A DNA stretch of 27,389 nucleotides. It comes from a virus. Its lineage: Duplodnaviria; Caudoviricetes. Position numbers and translations under genes: made by a program. Below are positions 24,543-27,389 of the stretch, one piece after another. The stretch's first letter is position 1; every line of letters starts with the position of its first letter. The stretch covers positions 1-27,389 of IMG/VR virus record IMGVR_UViG_3300030708_001067, one strand, 5' to 3'. The notes under the pieces are model-generated. The model was not told the DNA's origin. It saw only the letters and a list, made by a program, of their open reading frames with translations, and ran no database searches.

Positions 24543-25819
24543 TATACAACGAAACAGATATAATAGAAGAAAGTCTAAAAAATCTGAAAGTAGAAAACCA
24601 TAAATACCGAGAATCGTACATAAATAAACTTCTTGACTATTACAATGGTAACAATGTTTCAAATTACATTATACATAATTTTGATTTAGAGGCTTTTAGG
24701 GAAGTTCCACCATACGAGGCGAACATAACTAAAAAGTTTATAAATAAAATGTCTAGGATTTATACAGTAGGTGCAGATAGAAATGTAAATGATAGATATA
24801 ACAGTTTAACTGTACTTAAAGATTCAAAAATGAAACATATTGAAAGAATGACACGTCTTATTGGAACTATCGCTACTAGAATTATGTATGTTGATGGCGA
24901 AATGCCTTACTTTGACTATCAACCTATATATTACTTTCACCCTTTCTTTGATTCTGACCCATTTAGACCTGTTGCTTTAACATATCCATTAATGAATTAT
25001 AGTTCTGATTCATCTAATATAGATGGATGTGAATATATACATTGGGATGCTGAAAAATTTATGATTTTTGATGAAAATGGTGCTGTTTTAGAAGAACAAG
25101 AACACGGATTTGGTGCTTTACCATTTGTATTTACACATAGAGAACATCAATGTGATAATTTTTACGTTGAGGGTGCAAATGATATTTGTAACGCTAATGA
25201 ACACATAAATATCACAATGACAGAGATGCAACTAGGTTTAAGGTTTCAAATGTTTGGACAACCTGTAGTTTCTGGTGCAGATTTAGGTAATAGACAAAGA
25301 TTTGGTTCAGATGTGATACTTGAGCTACCTAATGAAGCAAATTACGATATTAAATCACCATCAGGCGATATTGAGAAGGTTATAGAAAATGTTAAGTTCC
25401 AAATGGAGCTTGTAGCACAAAATAACCACTTATTTGTCCAATTTGCTCAAGATGGTGGCGAAACACCTAGTGGTATTGCTCTAAAAATCAAAGATTTAGA
25501 GAGATTTGAGGATTATCAAGACGATTTAGCCCTTTGGACACAATATGAGTACGAAATGTACCAAATAGAACGTAAAATAGCACAATCATTCAATATAGCT
25601 ATGCCTGAGGCGTTAAAACTAGACTTTAATGAGCCTGAATACCCAATGACAGTACAAGACCAAATAGCACTAGACAACCACAGACTTAACTTAGGACTTG
25701 TAAATAAAGCCGAACTTATGGTTGAATACAATAAAGACTTGACTATTGAGGAAGCAAATGCTAAATTAAGAGAAAATCAAGCACAAATAGAGCCTCAAGA
25801 TGATAGAAGTCAAGTATAA
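24539..25819 (+). CDS. Portal protein (SPP1 gp6-like)
   Basis: Follows TerL; DYYNG, NITKKFINK, HGFGALPFV and SGIALKIK motifs. Confidence 0.88.
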   Translation: MIYNETDIIEESLKNLKVENHKYRESYINKLLDYYNGNNVSNYIIHNFDLEAFREVPPYEANITKKFINKMSRIYTVGADRNVNDRYNSLTVLKDSKMKHIERMTRLIGTIATRIMYVDGEMPYFDYQPIYYFHPFFDSDPFRPVALTYPLMNYSSDSSNIDGCEYIHWDAEKFMIFDENGAVLEEQEHGFGALPFVFTHREHQCDNFYVEGANDICNANEHINITMTEMQLGLRFQMFGQPVVSGADLGNRQRFGSDVILELPNEANYDIKSPSGDIEKVIENVKFQMELVAQNNHLFVQFAQDGGETPSGIALKIKDLERFEDYQDDLALWTQYEYEMYQIERKIAQSFNIAMPEALKLDFNEPEYPMTVQDQIALDNHRLNLGLVNKAELMVEYNKDLTIEEANAKLRENQAQIEPQDDRSQV

Positions 25820-26240
25820 TATAGATTTTAGCAAAGCATTAAAAGAATTAGAAGAAAAAAAACTCTCTGAAACTCTTAATGAAGAAGTAACACCTAAAAC
25901 AGTAGAACTTTCAAAAAAATTCATTAAAGCAGGTAATGTAAAACCAAAATTATCTGGTTTTCAAAGAAATTATAGAAAGTCTATTGGTATAAATCAAAAT
26001 AAACCACTTTTTATGACTGGTAAGCTAGTAAATAGTTTAAAAGGAAGTGCACAAGGAATTAAAGGTGTAAATTACGCAAAAGAACACAGAGAAGGTTATC
26101 AATTTGAACGTGGCGATGTTCCTGCTAGAGAATTTGTAACAGCAGTTTTACCTAGCGAAAAAACAAGCACTAACAAAATATACAAGGAATTTCAGAAAAA
26201 ATTCGTTACATTACTAAACAAACGTATAAGGAAAAAGTAA
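25800..26240 (+). CDS. Virion morphogenesis (Mu gpG/P2 gpS-like) protein
   Basis: PLFMTGKLVNSL...YAKEH.EG...VPAREF motif. Confidence 0.6.
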   Translation: MIEVKYNIDFSKALKELEEKKLSETLNEEVTPKTVELSKKFIKAGNVKPKLSGFQRNYRKSIGINQNKPLFMTGKLVNSLKGSAQGIKGVNYAKEHREGYQFERGDVPAREFVTAVLPSEKTSTNKIYKEFQKKFVTLLNKRIRKK

Positions 26241-26464
26241 TGAGCGAAGAAGAAAAAATAGAAATCCTTTTAAAGAATATAATCAATATGCACGAAAAGC
26301 TAAACATACTCATAGAGTATATGGCTAAAGACATTACAGAAGAACAATACGAAAGACAATTTTACAAAGAAGAAGATGCTTTAGTAGAAATAGAAAAAGA
26401 TACTTACGAGCAAATGTGCGATTTAATGGAAAGTAATACAATACCCTTTATGGGCATAGCGTAA
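26240..26464 (+). CDS. Acidic hypothetical protein
   Basis: Start overlaps the upstream stop; AAGGA RBS. Confidence 0.6.
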   Translation: MSEEEKIEILLKNIINMHEKLNILIEYMAKDITEEQYERQFYKEEDALVEIEKDTYEQMCDLMESNTIPFMGIA

Positions 26465-26473
26465 TGGAGAATA

Positions 26474-26782
26474 ATGGATTTTATCACAATATTGGAACAG
26501 TTTGGAATACCTGTGGCGATGACAATAGCGTTCGGATTCTTTATATGGAAACAAAACAGGTTCATACAGGAAACTCTAATGACAGAGTTAGACCAAGACT
26601 TCAAGAGGTTGGAAGGTATTATTATTAAGCTGATTGACCAGCAAAAGAAAGTACAAATGGAACAAAAGAAGTTAAATGGTATATTCAAAGCACAAGTAGA
26701 AATAATAGCAAGACTTTCAGGTAACGGATTAAAAGATAAATTTATGAGAATGATGGAAAAAGGTGGTATGGATGATGAATGA
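26474..26782 (+). CDS. Single-TM coiled-coil protein (holin-like)
   Basis: LEQFGIPVAMTIAFGFFIWK then a coiled coil; GGAG RBS. Confidence 0.6.
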   Translation: MDFITILEQFGIPVAMTIAFGFFIWKQNRFIQETLMTELDQDFKRLEGIIIKLIDQQKKVQMEQKKLNGIFKAQVEIIARLSGNGLKDKFMRMMEKGGMDDE

Positions 26783-26924
26783 AACTAAAAGCCTCAAAAT
26801 AGAAACACCTATAGTTAGTATTGAAAGTGATTCAGGTAGCCACGTTAATGATTTTTTCAGTATTGTTGGCGTTATGGTGATATTTGTAGTATTGAAGTAT
26901 TTATTAAAAAAATACGTTAGATAG
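26772..26924 (+). CDS. Small membrane protein (50 aa)
   Basis: MMNETKSLKIETP...IESDSG...FFSIVGVMVIFVVLKYLLKKY; AGGTGG RBS; manually translated. Confidence 0.65.
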   Translation: MMNETKSLKIETPIVSIESDSGSHVNDFFSIVGVMVIFVVLKYLLKKYVR

Positions 26925-27389
26925 CGTTCTCAGCATCTATAATACGTTGTTCCCACTCTTTTCTTTGACCTTTAGTAGGTTTCTTAGCAGGTAATGGTTC
27001 TATACCCACAGCTTTAGCTCTTTTCTTCCACTTATACCACTCTTTACGCTTCTCATTGTAGGTAAGTTTCTTTTTTTCCCTATCTATGATAGTTTTTATC
27101 TTAATCTTTTCTTCTTTAACAGTCTTAGGCTTAATACGTTCTGGTAGGTCTGTAGGCATTTCTACATCTTCAAACACTTCAATAACCTCAGCTTCTTGTA
27201 CTTCTTCTGCTTTTAAAAACTTCTCAAAAGGACTATCAATGGTAATATTGACGTTCTTAACCAATCTACCACTATGTTCTAATACAAGCCTAGCAGCCTG
27301 TACGTTGCCGTGCTTAGCCTCCCTAACCATAGAACTAATAACAGCAGGTAACTGTGAGCCGAACTCAGTCATATACCTCTCATATATCT
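26917..27389 (-). CDS. Terminase small subunit-like protein (5'-truncated)
   Basis: Frame open to the window edge (..IYERYMTEF..); LPAVISSMVREAKHGNVQAARLVLEHSG resembles TerS-type oligomerisation helices. Confidence 0.5.
   Translation of the reverse strand, partial: IYERYMTEFGSQLPAVISSMVREAKHGNVQAARLVLEHSGRLVKNVNITIDSPFEKFLKAEEVQEAEVIEVFEDVEMPTDLPERIKPKTVKEEKIKIKTIIDREKKKLTYNEKRKEWYKWKKRAKAVGIEPLPAKKPTKGQRKEWEQRIIDAENAI

Noticed and set aside
1-27389. Stop-codon reassignment
   Set aside because: Code 11 gives intact full-length hallmark genes, with TAA, TAG and TGA all used as stops
1-27389. CRISPR array, IS element, intron or intein
   Set aside because: No spaced repeats or transposase noticed; TerL, portal and MCP have ordinary uninterrupted lengths

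Overview
An AT-rich (~30% GC by eye), gene-dense fragment of a tailed dsDNA phage, siphovirus-like, resembling uncultured marine phages. No integrase, tRNA, CRISPR array or reverse transcriptase is visible. Bases 1-4518 (+) hold a replication/recombination module: SSB tail, HTH protein, initiator-like protein, Hjc-like resolvase, ParB-like protein, micro-ORFs, DNA methyltransferase, DUF968-like and NinB-like proteins. Bases 4499-23140 (-) form a long late operon: scaffold, major capsid, a lysis cassette with an embedded metallophosphoesterase, fibre/decoration-like proteins, five very basic small proteins, neck, tail tube, a chaperone pair with a -1 frameshift, tape measure, tail hub and a Dit-like protein. 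Bases 23232-26924 (+) carry the large terminase and portal, transcribed divergently from the capsid genes, followed by a partial TerS-like gene on (-). The most notable signal is a complete dockerin (duplicated EF-hand-like loop) at the C-terminus of the tail hub, immediately followed by a gene for a cohesin-like beta-sandwich, which suggests a dockerin/cohesin adhesion module on a phage tail. Also notable are two three-way-junction RNA-like elements with anti-Shine-Dalgarno loops and an apparent absence of GATC and CATG. All calls come from motif recognition by eye; no searches were run.
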